Shown: positions 48,201 to 60,528 of the stretch, one piece after another
How the letters are laid out: the number at the start of each line of letters is the position of its first letter
Position numbering within the stretch: the first letter of the stretch is position 1
Assembly (NCBI RefSeq): GCF_036588685.1
Contig: NC_086378.1
Coordinates: forward strand, 31,496,001 to 31,560,000
Direction: 5' to 3'
DNA: 64,000 nt
From: Mytilus trossulus
Lineage: Eukaryota
Made by a program: the position numbers and the translations under genes
Notes under the pieces: generated by a model
Database searches by the model: none
The model's input: only the letters and a program-made list of their open reading frames with translations
Told to the model about the DNA's origin: nothing

Positions 48201-51200
48201 AAAAGAATTATAATTTTTAATTCCAAAAAATGGAGCCCACCAAAATAAATGAATCTGCAGTATTTATGTGATTACGTTTAGGATTCTAAGAACATGATAC
48301 ACTGTCATTAATTTTATTTTAAGTAAGACCTGTAGAATAAAGATTAAATAAAATTGAGAATGGAAATGGGGAATGTGTCAAAGAAACAACAACCCCACCA
48401 TATAAAAACAACAGCAGAAGGTCACCATCAGGGGTCTTCCATGTAGGAAACATTCCCGCACCCGGAGGTGTCCTTCAGCTGGCCCCTAAACAATTATATA
48501 CTAGTTCAGTGATAATGACTGCATACTAATTCCCAAATTGTACACAAGAAACTAAGCTAAACTTTTGATTTTTTTTCCAAATATTGACATATTCCTGAAA
48601 TCAACATGATCAAAAGCAAATGCTTGCAGTCTAATTTTGGAAGTGATTTGTGACAAATTTGCATGTGTACCCAATGTCTATAGGTTAATAAAAAAAAATT
48701 AACTAACTAAAATAAATTCCAACTACACACCTATATTTCTTAAGCAGAAAACGGTAAACACACATTTATCTTATATAGTGGTGTCATATTTTTGAGAATG
48801 TCACAAGAAATTTAGTATTTTTAAGAGCAGTTAAATTTTGTTTTATTAGACCCACAGCCAGTTGAAGCAGCACCTCCTAATAAGAAAAAGAAGAAAGAAG
48901 AAATGTTGTCATTGAGGGAAGAAATAGAGCTTATGTCAAAAGATGATACAAGTGGCCCACCAGATGTAAGATCTTACTATACACACATTTGGAAGTTCCC
49001 TCTCAATATTTACAAGTATTTACAATTCTAGTAATAAAGTTTGGTGTTCTCTTTGAATAAAAAACAGTACTTTTTACATTTTGTCTTTTGATGCTTCTAA
49101 AGGTTTTTTTCAAAAAGATATTGAAATTAATCTAATTTCACAGTTGCATATTCATATTTATATTTGAGACCATAACATAAATTTGTAAATACTCATGTGG
49201 AACTCATGTAGATCTGTGTTGAAGTGGCTTGAGCTTTCAATGTGATGCCTAACATTTTTTTAATAGCTCTTAATAAAATTAAAAATGAAACGATTGGTTA
49301 CGAAAAAAAGTTTTTGTTTTAGATTAAATATTTGTTAATCTATAAGTGTAATTTGTTTCTGAACATATCTTTAAGAATAAGATAGTTGATAAAACACAAG
49401 AAAGTCAAGTGAAAGAGATTAATAATTGTATGAAATGAAGCATAGGGTATATGCAGCAGACTTGTAAAATACCAACACAATAGCATTGTGGGTACAGAAA
49501 AATACCACAAAGAAAGTAAAATACCAGCACAATAGCATTGTGGGTACAGACAAATACCACAAAGAAAGTAAAATACCAACACAATAGCAATGTGGGTACA
49601 GAAAAATACCACAAAGAAAAAACAAACAACAAATGTTGTACTTCTGGTGCAATACTCACTGGTATTGACATAGTTCACATCTATGTTGTATACATTTGCT
49701 ATGCTGCATTTTTACTAGTTTTCATTGTTTTGTATTTACAGGCAGAAGAATTAGTGAAACGTTTATCAGACCTTGAGCATTCAGCGTCTAGTGATGCTGC
49801 TGTAAGAGAGAAGATTGCTGCTCTTCCACCTGAAGTGTCTGATGTTAACCACCTTGCCAAAATTCATGGTAAAAATTCATCTACTGTGAATTCATTTATT
49901 TTTTGTGTGTACCAATTTTCCTTGATATTTTATTCAGAGTTCTTCTAAAGTCTGAATTCGAGCCTGAAAGAAAATTTGTTCTTCCTTGATTGAAAATTTG
50001 TGGTTCACTATCATGAAAGAAATCCATGAAAACTAGTGTCACAAGAATAATTAATAATAAATTCACAAATGACTTTTTTTTAGGACATTTCTTTTTATGT
50101 TTGAGCAAAATTGATGAATTACTTACCTGTGGAATTATTCAAAGTATATTATTTTTTTCCCAAAGATTTTCGGATAGAATCATAGAAAGCATGGCAACAA
50201 GTTAGATGTATGTATCAAACCTAGTTTGCAGCACATCATGACTTATTTTCCTTAGCCTCTCTCCTTATGGACATTTTTTAAAGTTTCTATTTTATACAAC
50301 ACTTTAACTATTTGATAAATTCTGTGTAATATGTGATCAGGATAATAAATAGGATTTGCATATTTTAAAGTGTATGTAGAAAGCTCGGGTCAGTGAGGGT
50401 CCTAACGTCAAATTCACAGTTGAACTTTTTGTATTAAAGCAGCTGCCATGTTCAGACATGCTGAAATCAATTAACTTCATTTTAATGCAATATCATCCGA
50501 AATTGGCAGGTTCACTTAACGGAAAAGCCTTCAGCTTTGTATGATGCAATGTTTTGAAATGACTTTTAATGTAAAAAAAGCAGTAATTAAATTTCACAAA
50601 AATTTATATTTTGATTTTGTTTGTTTTTCTGAGCTCTAGTGAATTAAATATTTATGTTATGTTTTGTTAATACACAAAATGTAGTATTATTTTTTAACAT
50701 ATACTATTTAAATTTCATGTTAAAAATAAGTATTAAATGTTGACAGAGTTGGTTGATAATTATCAACTTCAAAAATTTCAAATTTGATTGATACTGATGA
50801 TACCTGTGGAAAGCCCACCCTGTAGATGATTATCAATCAAATTTTCCTCTAATTTAAGGATGAACAATCTTTTTTATATTGTACAGATTAGAAATCAAAA
50901 GAAGTACTGGAGATATTATCATTCATTTACAATGAATTATTTTTGTAAACATGCAGATTTGATTTTTTTTTTTTAAACAATTCATTTTAATATTTTGTAA
51001 TCATTTATTGACTCATAAATATTTTTATGAACAACAATTTTTTGTTCTGCACTAAAATTTAAAACATTAGGCAAATATAAGGGAAGAAACTCTTTCTGAA
51101 TTTAACATGATTTGTTTTGCCTATTTAAAATTTGGAAGAAAGACAACCTATTCAATAGACCTATGTATTACACCAAGACTAACTGTCAATAGAAAGGTCA

Positions 51201-54200
51201 AAATTAATTGTGGCAGATTTATCAAACATATTTAAACGAAAAAATTTTGGTCATATATTGGTATCATGTTGGCGGCGGCGTCGTCGTCGTTCAAAGACAT
51301 TTGGTTTTCACACTCTAACTTTAGTAAAATTAAATAGATATCTATGAAATTTAAGCACAAGGTTAATGACCATAAAAGGAAGGTTGGGATGGATTTTGGG
51401 TGTTTTGGTCCAAACAGTTAAGGAATTAGGGGACAAAAAGGGCCCAAATAAGTATTTTTCTTGGTTTTCGCACAATAACTTTAGTATAAGTTAAAAGATT
51501 AACAGAAATCTATGAACTTTTAACATAAGGTCTATGACCACAAAAGGAAGGTTGGGATTGATTTTGGGAGTTTTAGTCCCAACAGTTTAGGAATTATGGG
51601 CCAAAAACAGGTCCCAAATAAGCATTTTTCTTGGTTTTTGCGCAATAACTTTAGTAAAAATTTATAGAAATCTAACAAAATTTTAACACAAAGTTTATGA
51701 TCACAAAGGGAAGGTTTTGATTGATTTTGGGAGTTTTGGTCCTACCGAATTAGGGACCAAAAAGGTCAAAAATTAAACTTTGCTTGATTTCATCAAAAAA
51801 TGAATTATTGGGGTTCTTTGATATGCCAAATCTAACCATGTATTCAGATTCTTAATTTTTATACCCCCACTTTAAAAAAGAAGGGGTATACTGTTTTACC
51901 TCTGTCTGTCAGTCCGTCCGTCAGTCCGTCCCATGAATATTTTTCGTCGCATTTTTCTCAGGAACTACAATACAAGGATTTCTGAAATTTGGTTTCAGGG
52001 TTTATCTAAGTCAGCTATACCGTTTCATGTGTTTTCAGATTGATCACTTGACAACTTCCTGTTTACCGAACACTTGTATGATTTTACACATGATAGCCAA
52101 GTTGAAAATTTTCGTCACATTTTTCTCAGGAACTATACAAGGATTTCTGAAATTTGGTTTCAGGATTTATATAAGTCAGCAATACCGTGTGATGCGTTTT
52201 CAGATTCATCACTCGACAACTTCCTGTTTACCGAACACTTGCATATTTTTACACTATTAATATTATCCACTTGCGGCGGGGGTATCATCAGTGAGCAGTA
52301 GCTCGCAGTTTCACTTGTTGGTCCTGTTTTCAAATTGGTCTACATTAAGGTCCAAAGGGTCCAAAATTAAACAGCTTGATTTTAACAAAAATTGAATTCT
52401 TGGGGTTCTTTGATATGCTGAATCTAAACATGTACTTAGATTTTTGATTATGGGCCCAGTTTTTAAGTTGGTACACAGTATTGTGCAATAGCAAGAAATC
52501 TTCAATTGCACAGTTTTGCACAATAGGAAGAAATATCTAATTGCACAATATTGCGCAATAGCAAGAAATTTTCAATTGCACAATATTGCGCAATAGCAAG
52601 AAATTTTCAATTGCACAGTTTTGCGGAATAGCAAGAAATATTCAATTACACAGTTTTGTCCTGTTTTCAAATTGGTCTACATTAAGGTCCAAAGGGTCAA
52701 AAAGTAAACTTTGTTTGATGTCAACAAAAATGGAATACTGTGGATTCATTTATTTTCGTGGGTACCAATTTTCATGGTTTGAGGAAAACTTACATATTCG
52801 TGGATATTTAATTTCGTGGTTTTGGCAAAGTCTACACTCATTCCTTTACAAAATTTGTATTTCGTTGAACATTTGAATTCGTGGTTCTCCTGTACCCACG
52901 AAATTTGGTATCCAACGAATATTAATGAATCCACAGTACATGTATATGAGTTTCTTCAATATGCTGAATCTAACGTTAACCATGTATTTAGATTTTTAAT
53001 ATTTGGCCCCAGTTATCAAATTGGTCCACATTGAGGTCTAAAGGGTTTAAATTGAACATTACCCCATTTCATCAAAAATTGAATTCTTGGAGTTCTATGA
53101 TATGCTAAATCTGACCATGTATTTAGATTTTGAATATTGGACCATAATAGGTAAATGTCTAATTTAAAATTTTTAAGTTTTTAAGTTTAAGTTCTTAGAC
53201 CACATTCATTCTGTGTCAGAAACCTATGTTGTGTCAACTATTTAATCACAATCAAAATGTTATGTCCATACTTGCCCCAACTGTTCAGGGTTCGACCTCT
53301 GCGGTCATATAAAGCTGCGCCCTGCAGAGCATCTGGTCATTGATTGCCAAGGTAAAATTTTCAACCAATATCAGAATTAGTAAGCCAGTATTTATCTAGT
53401 TAAAATTTGTTGTTTAACAATTACTCAGAAAATCAAGATCTACTTTACACATTACATTTTCAACAAATCATCAGACATCTCCTAATTGGACCGACCACCG
53501 TTATGATATTTTAGGGTTTTTCGTAAACAAGACATGGTTCATGTCATATATAAACAAATCCAGGTAGTAATTTGTATCTTTATTGCAATATTCAAATTAT
53601 CAATGCCACTTTAAATGCAATTCTATATTGTTAAAATAAAGGTCACATGGTAAAGTGATAGAATCTTTTTCTCCAATGATTAAAGGAAAAAATTAAATGT
53701 TTTAAATGACTGCTTGGAGATTACAGTAGACTTTCAAGCAGGAAGGATAATGAATAGTGTGTCCTCAGTCAATCAAATTGTTCAATTTTCTAGTGTGTGC
53801 ATTATGTGGTCATGTCATATCTGGTCTATCAATACTATTACTCTTCCCTAAAAAATACATATAAGTCATGATTAATATAGTTTGTGTTTTTGTATTTCAG
53901 ACAAAGAATCTGGTGTGATATTGTCAAGAAAAGTAGAAGATGCATGTATATTGTTGTCTGAATATAATTTTCGATTAAATGCAGAGTTAGAAGAAAGGAA
54001 AATGGTTGGGAAAATGTTAAAAGATTTTATAGCTTGCCAAAAAGAACAATTAATGTCTGCAGAGAAAAAAATAGAGGTAAAAATGGATTTTTTATTATTG
54101 TTTTTTTTTAAATGTTTTATGAAATTTACTAACAGGAGCACTAAGATATTTATGGATTTGTTAAAAAGTATTGTTATCTCCCCTTCCACAGTTACCTCGG

Positions 54201-55302
54201 CTGAACCTTGACTAATATTAAAGAGAAATACATCTTTTGTTTTCTTTATTTTTGCAATACAGATAGATTCAATTGTCAGTATAGGTGGACTAAACATTAA
54301 GTTTAAGTCTGTAGTTTAAATGAATTCAGGCCTTAAAAAATATTGTCACACATTTCAAGAATTAAAAAAAAATATTTGACAGAAGCTTTATAGTTGGTTT
54401 CATTGGGTTGTAAGTGAAACGCAGATTGGCTGGTTTTTTAAAGCTTGACACGTGAAAGTCCAATAATTAAGCAAGAAAATGGGAAAACAAGTCCAGTTGG
54501 ACACTGGAAATTACATGCGCTATTATGGCAACGAGAAGCCAGATACAGGATTCTCACTAAACAATAAGTGGAATCCTGAATGTGACCTCCCAATGAGACC
54601 TCTGTATAATATCCATGAGGCAGCATCTAGAGCAAATTTAAAAAAAAAATGTTTCTGTTAAGCCTTTAAAAGTGTTACTGTAAACTCATTAAGGCCGTAG
54701 TTTTTTTATTTTTAGTTTTACGAACCCTCCTACCCTAATTTTTGCCAAATAGGAAAAAAAATAAAATTAAAAATGTTGATTTTTATTTATTTTTTCTCCT
54801 CCGACCTAGTGTTTTTCATGCAAAAAAAATATATTTTTAGTTCATAACTGCATGAAAGAATCTAAATTTATGCTCTTGGTGATTTAGTAAGTTGTTGCAC
54901 ATTGATTTTCAATTCAAACCTTGTCAAGAAAAAAAAATAGTTGTTACACTAGTAGAAAATCTCCTGGTGAAATAAAAAAAAAAAATTTTGATATTGATGG
55001 TTGGTATTAAAAAAAAATCAGCAGCAGCAGTTTTTTTTTTTTTTTTTTTTTCGTCCTCCTACCCATTGGTTTTGTCAAAAAATTTCGTAAAACTAAAAAT
55101 ATAACTATGGCCTAACAGTATGATTTTTCTTATCTTTCAGGAATACAAGAAACGATTAGATAAAGTGACTGAAGTCCGAGGAGAATTGGAATCTCACATA
55201 AAAAATTTACCTGATTTTGATCTTTTACCTCGTTTAACTGGTGGTCTTGCACCATTGCCTTCAGCTGGTGATCTTTTCAACATGCAAGATGGTAGACATT
55301 GA
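42273..55302 (+). CDS. RPRD1B: Regulation of nuclear pre-mRNA domain protein 1 (RPRD1B/CREPT-like), ~382 aa; exons 42273-42423, 44311-44440, 45601-45707, 46198-46221, 46983-47048, 47227-47316, 48850-48965, 49742-49868, 53901-54076, 55141-55302
   Basis: CID domain MSSF...KKLSELNNTQQSIQTLSLWLIHHRKH...YLANDVIQNSKKKGPEF...RILNIWQERGVY. Coiled coil LEHSASSDAAVREKIAALPPEVSD...LLSEYNFRLNAELEER. C-terminus LPD..LLP..TGGLAPLPSAGDLF. Phases are consistent; the three small linker exons are less certain. Confidence 0.93.
44632..44922 (+). mobile_element. Short HINE-like element
   Basis: TTTGTATGCCCCACC...GGGGCAT palindrome, (GTCC/GTCT) microsatellite, and end GGGGCATC...CATTCTCGTT. Confidence 0.6.
47275..47577 (+). 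repeat. ~50-bp minisatellite x6 duplicating an RPRD1B exon end plus splice donor
   Basis: Unit AGAAAAAAGTAGAGGAATATGTACCTGTGAATAAGGTCAAAG|GTTAGTAT, with donors at 47317, 47367, 47415, 47471, 47521 and 47571. Confidence 0.9.
49465..49619 (+). repeat. 52-bp tandem repeat x3
   Basis: Unit TAAAATACCAACACAATAGCATTGTGGGTACAGAAAAATACCACAAAGAAAG. Confidence 0.9.
51859..52319 (+). mobile_element. Nested HINE-like element inserted at TT
   Basis: TTATACCCCCACTTTAAAAAAGAAGGGGTATA palindrome, (GTCC)n, and two internal ~165-bp units. It splits the host motif AATTTTT|GGTCC. Confidence 0.75.
52736..52938. mobile_element. Tc1/mariner-type MITE (TA TSD)
   Basis: TA|CTGTGGATTCATT...AATGAATCCACAG|TA; relatives at 57850-58048 and 60005-60165. 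Confidence 0.85.
54693..55112. mobile_element. PIF/Harbinger-like MITE (TAA TSD) abutting an RPRD1B acceptor
   Basis: TAA|GGCCGTAGTT...TTTTAGTTTTACGAA ... TTCGTAAAACTAAAAA...AACTATGGCC|TAA. Confidence 0.8.
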
Positions 55303-55894
55303 CACAGTATTAGGGTATGGTTATGTTTTACATCCCCACTGATCTTATTGTTGTCATCTCTAATTTAAGTAAGCCCCTACCAAAAATTTATACACAATGC
55401 TTATGACCACAAAATACTGATCAAGTTTGAATTTCTGTGGTGTCACTATAACTATGAAGAAAAATTACTGAATAATACATATCCATTCTCTTACTTAAGT
55501 TTGCCTCAACTGAATGTTGTGAAACTTATACACAATACTTATTACCACAAAAATAAAATCAAGTACAAATTTGGGTAGCTTCACTTTTGCTGTTTGTCAA
55601 TTATATCCCTTTATAACTTATTTGATATGCAAGAGGTATCTGTGTCACATGGCCACATTCCCTTTCTTCAGTTAGTAGTATGTAGATTATGTTTTGTATG
55701 AAATTGATCAATGTATGTTGTTTGAACAGCACTTGAAATTTATTAGGACAAATCTAATTTAAGGGTGAAAAATGGGTATCTTTTTAAGGCAACAATACCA
55801 AGAGGACTTTAAATTTCATAAGTCATATAGAAAAACTGACAAAACCATGGTGAAAGATAAAAAACTACAAAAAGACGGAACAATAAACAACACT

Positions 55895-56020
55895 CTGCAT
55901 AGACAACTAAATATTGAGAACATTACATCTACAGATGTGCATAGACAACTAAATATTGAGAACATTACATCTACAGATCTGCATAGACAACTAAATATTG
56001 AGAACATTACATCTACAGAT
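55895..56020 (+). repeat. 42-bp tandem repeat x3
   Basis: Unit (C/G)TGCATAGACAACTAAATATTGAGAACATTACATCTACAGAT. Confidence 0.9.
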
Positions 56021-56084
56021 GTGCTGATATAAATGAAAAACATTTATCTTTTGAATACAAGACGGGGAAAAAAGGACAATGTGG

Positions 56085-56309
56085 TGGGTCTCATTGGGGT
56101 ATGAGCGTGAAGCAGGATTGCCGATTATTTTTAAGCGTGACACGTGAAAGTAAAATTATTGTGTCGTGAAAACGGGAAATGAGGTCTTGCGGTACCTGGG
56201 AAATGACAAAAAAATGAGAATTGCTTACGCATATAGTGTAAGCGGGATACGGGAATCTGACAAAACAGTAAGCGGGAACCGGGATCAGAACCCCCCAATG
56301 AGATCCCCA
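56085..56309. mobile_element. MITE
   Basis: TGGGTCTCATTGGGG ... CCCCAATGAGATCCC; decayed relative at about 54395-54601. Confidence 0.7.
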
Positions 56310-56370
56310 ATGTGTGCTGAATTAATGAGAAATTAACAATATAATTTATACGGATTTTTGTTTTTTGTAG

Positions 56371-56441
56371 GTTTGGATAAAAATGGCTCCGTATATAAAG
56401 AAGGCATTCCTGTTAGTACAGATGAAGTGACTAGTCAGTAA
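56371..56441 (+). CDS. RPRD1B: Candidate alternative terminal exon of RPRD1B (GLDKNGSVYKEGIPVSTDEVTSQ*)
   Basis: Strong acceptor TTTTTGTTTTTTGTAG, phase-compatible with internal donor G|GTAGAC at 55291/55292. Confidence 0.45.
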
Positions 56442-57849
56442 ATGTGCAGATATTGTCTTATTCCATCATCATCCTCCATCTATCACCGTGATGAGTGCTC
56501 CTATTTATATGTTTCAAATGAATGGTCATCTCTGTTCTGAAACTAGTAGTGCTGTGTAATACTTAAAATGTTGTTATAAAAAATTATTTCTGTAATTATT
56601 TCAGATTGTATAAATCTTACTGGTATTCCTGGTAATGATCACATGTCAACTTTTGCAAAGTTGTCTGTCATCCATTCTTTTAAAAAATGCTTTGAAATTG
56701 ATGGACCATTTTGGAGCTTTTTGTATGATCCTAATAGCAGTTTTGTGCTCTCCAGCATAAAAGTGCTATCAGAATGCTATTTAATAGCATTTTTATGCTG
56801 GCCCTGGAGAGGGAATTAAGTGTTACCCTTGTCCATTCCTACCTACATTCTTCCTTAAATTGGTCATTCTTTTACAATGTTGTGGATCCTATACACAATG
56901 CTAACTATGAAAAAATGGAGATGAAAATCGAATTTGGGTAACTTCACTTTTACCGTTCTAGTGTAACGCCCCTTTATAACATTATTTGCAAGCAGGGGAA
57001 TCATCTGTATCCCATGGAAACATTCTCCATTTATTAATTTAAAAAACCTTCCTGTAGACTTCTTGTCAGCCAAGTGCTTAATGGGTGTCAACATGACAAC
57101 AAATTTTTCCCTCAAATTCTATAAATGTGATGTCATGGAGAATTATTTTTTGAACTAATTTAGCAATTTATTGTGGGCATTTTAATCTGAGTCTCAGAGT
57201 TACCAAATGCATTTCTCCTCATTTGGTCACCCAATCGCAAAGTTAATTAAATTGAAAGAAAGATGGATTTTTTTAACTCAGATGATAGTGGACATTGTAT
57301 TAAAACTGTAGTATATTAAGATTACCCTATAGGCATTGCATAATAACTCCAGTATGGATGATAGATTGGGATACAAGCTCCTTAAGTTTTTTATTTGTAG
57401 TCGTTTAAAATTTGGGTTTTTGGTAAATTTTTAAAGAAAAAAAAATCAAATCTTCTTAAAATTGCATATAGCACACGTACACAATATAATTAGTTATAGT
57501 AAAAGTCAACTTTGTGATTTATTTTGTTTGTTGTGGATTTGTCCAATTATAAAAAGAAATTTGATTAAAAGGCAATTTTTGCCTGAGTTAGATTTAGATA
57601 TTAGTTTAACTATAAACACAGAGATTTTGAAAAAGAATTTTAGAGCATTTGATTATAATGAAGACGCATTGACTGCACTTATATTCTTGGACATTTACAC
57701 TTGAACATTTAGATTTGGACATTTAGACTTGGACATTTAGACTTAGACATAACAAAACACCTAAATGAGGTAGTATTGTTTATATATAATTCATTATACA
57801 ACCAAGTGTAAATTCTTAGATTACATTGATACTGGTGAAATGTTTAAAT

Positions 57850-58048
57850 AACTGTGGATTCGTTTAGATCTGTGAGTACCGACTTTAAAAAAAAGGGGGG
57901 GATTCAGGAAAACTGTATTTCCATGAATATTTGATTTTGTGGTTCTGCTAAAGTCAGCCTATAAGCCTATAGAAATTTGTATTTAGTTGAACAATTAAAA
58001 TCCTGGTCTACAAATTGGTACCCCACAGATAATAATGAATCCACAGTA
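57850..58048. mobile_element. Tc1/mariner-type MITE
   Basis: CTGTGGATTC ... GAATCCACAG|TA. Confidence 0.7.
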
Positions 58049-58360
58049 AACCATAATGCCTTGTAGTATGAAAGTTGAAGACAGAATGGCAGTATATTTT
58101 TATGAGAGAGAAGAATGTTTGTTTTTTATTTTGTTAGTTTTACAAGAAAACATGTATTTGTTATTACATCAATATTAATGTGTAGAGATTTCTATGCATC
58201 CTTTTATATTTTGTAGTTTGTATTGTTCTACCCATAGTTTGAAAAATTTCAAATTTTTCAAAAATATTTTCATTCACAAAAGAAATACATTTGTAAAATA
58301 AACTCTTATCTGTGTAACAAAAGCACAAGGTGACTTTAAAGGTTTTGTTGTATATTCTAC

Positions 58361-59158
58361 TACTGTGAAAGTAATTTAATTCGTGGGTATCAATTTTTGT
58401 GGTTTGAGCAATATTTACATGTTTGTGGGTTTTTAAGTTCGTGGATTTTAGTTTTCTAAAACAAAATAAAAAATTAAAGCCTTTAGAAACGAAGGTTACA
58501 AATAGTCTGGATTGAAGGAATTTGCAAAGTAAACATTGACCCGTGTAAATCGTAGTGACAACACTAATTAACCCAAGTCTGGATTGAAGGAATTTGCAAA
58601 GTAAACATTGACCCGTGTAAATCGTAGTGACAACACTAATTAACCCAAGATAAAGTGATCAACAGATTAAGGACCATCAAAGGTGTTAATTAGACCATAA
58701 ATATGTCACCTAAAGAAATCAGTATCTTAAATTGTAAAATAATTCTAATCAAAATCAAGCCCAGCATGAAATTATTATTTCCCATATGTACGAAAACTAT
58801 GAGGATATAAAATGAACACTTTATCATACTAGCATATCAATACCAGAAATCTGACTTTCATAAATAAAAAATATTTTTATGAAAATTAAAAGATCAAAAG
58901 TTGTACAGTTTAGGTTAATAAAGATTAAATGGGTATACTTTCTGCATGCAGTTGTAGTGCTGTGACTGCTATTAAAGTATTCTCAGATTCGAGGTTATTC
59001 AATATATTCTCTAGATCATATCAGTAGTCAAACCTTCATGGGGATCTTTCCGTGTCTTGATTTGAACAATGGTTGTTTTATTTCGTTAGACACTTAAATT
59101 TGTGGATAAAGTCATCCACGAAAATTGGTACCCCACAAATAAAAGTACTTTCACAGTA
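58361..59158. mobile_element. Tc1/mariner-type non-autonomous element with internal 72-bp perfect duplication (58504-58649)
   Basis: TA|CTGTGAAAGTA ... TACTTTCACAG|TA. Confidence 0.8.
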
Positions 59159-60004
59159 TTATTGATCACATTTTCCAAAATTATTTAATTCGATTTGTGA
59201 AAAAATGTCAGTCTTTGTAACAAAACATCAAACTGTTTACTGAGTAACAGATTTAATGCTAAATTATACAATGGCGGAAAATGTTTGATTTTTTTATATG
59301 GCTCATTCTTGGTTGTTAATAATCTTTCCTCATAAACACCAAGCTCTGTACGCAAGAAATGTTGTCTTCTCGAGAGAGCATTGAAATTGTCAAACAATGG
59401 AGAAGAAATAATTGCATAGGTTGAAAAAAAAATGTTCAATTGATTTGAAGTTTGTTTGTTGATGCATAAAGTAAATTGGTAATTGAAAGTACCTATAAAT
59501 AGAATATTCAAATTCAAAATTTTATCACAAAACTTTTTTGTAACAATACATTTTACCTGATTTATACTGATTATAAGTACATGTATTATTTTAGTTTGCT
59601 AAGATGATTAAAAAGAAGATTTTTGCATCAATAAGTCATGTTGTTAATGTTCTACTGATATTTTTGTTGCTTTGGCTCTTTATGGGTTAATGGTAGCCCT
59701 TAAGTTTTTTTGAAAATGAATTTATTATTTTTCTGTAATCAGTAGGAATTTTTAAGCATTGTGTACTTTCAACTGTGCTAATTTTGTATTTTAAAAAGGT
59801 CTGTTCACTGTAGTATAAAAACACATTTTCAAGGTTTACTTTACTCAAAATAGACTTTTAAAAACATAAAAAAACGAATTAAAAAAAAATGATCCCCAAA
59901 ATATGAGATATGGAGTACTTATAGTTAGAATATGTCACACAATTTCGCGTCTTGATAAGATTTTGACTTTATTTTCTGATTTAAGGTAGTAGTTTGAGGT
60001 GTAG

Positions 60005-60165
60005 TACTGTGGATTATTTTTGATTTCCTGGATGGATATTTGATGTTCTGGTTTTGCAAAAGTCTGCATAGAAGCCCATAGAACATTTGTACTTCTTTGA
60101 TCTTTAAATTTGTGGCTCACCTTTCCCCAAATTGGTATCCCATAAACTATAATGAATCCACGGTA
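60005..60165. mobile_element. Tc1/mariner-type MITE
   Basis: TA|CTGTGGATT ... AATCCACGG|TA. Confidence 0.7.
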
Positions 60166-60321
60166 TGACATCATAAAGATAATCATAGGTATGTCAGTTT
60201 TAATGCAAGGAACAGTATCTAGTACATTTTACTACACATTAATACTTGTAAGATTGAACACATGTCATTTGTCATCATTTGATGGACAGATTCTAGCTTG
60301 ATCAGAACGCATTCAATCTTA

Positions 60322-60528
60322 CCAGGAGATTGATTGGCTACCAGAATATACATGACGTGATCAGTAAATTTACTTCCAGGAGATTGATTGGCTACCAGAA
60401 TATACATGTGATCAGTAAATTTACTTCCAGGAGATTGATTGGCTACCAGAATATACATGTGATCAGTAAATTTACTTCCAGGAGATTGATTGGCTACCAG
60501 AATATACATGTGATCAGTAAATTTACTT
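60322..60528 (+). repeat. 51-bp minisatellite x4
   Basis: Unit CCAGGAGATTGATTGGCTACCAGAATATACATGTGATCAGTAAATTTACTT. Confidence 0.92.

Larger units (their letters stand above)
51232..53337 (-). mobile_element. HINE-like element family A, older reverse copy with two nested insertions
   Basis: Reverse complement of family A termini (...CAGAGCATCTGGT) and of its satellite units. Confidence 0.8.

Noticed and set aside
49340-49678. Overlapping repetitive ORFs (also 55772-56043 and 60219-60584)
   Set aside because: By-products of tandem repeats.
59185-59517. 110-aa minus-strand ORF as a possible terminal exon
   Set aside because: No recognisable motif and no supporting upstream exons.
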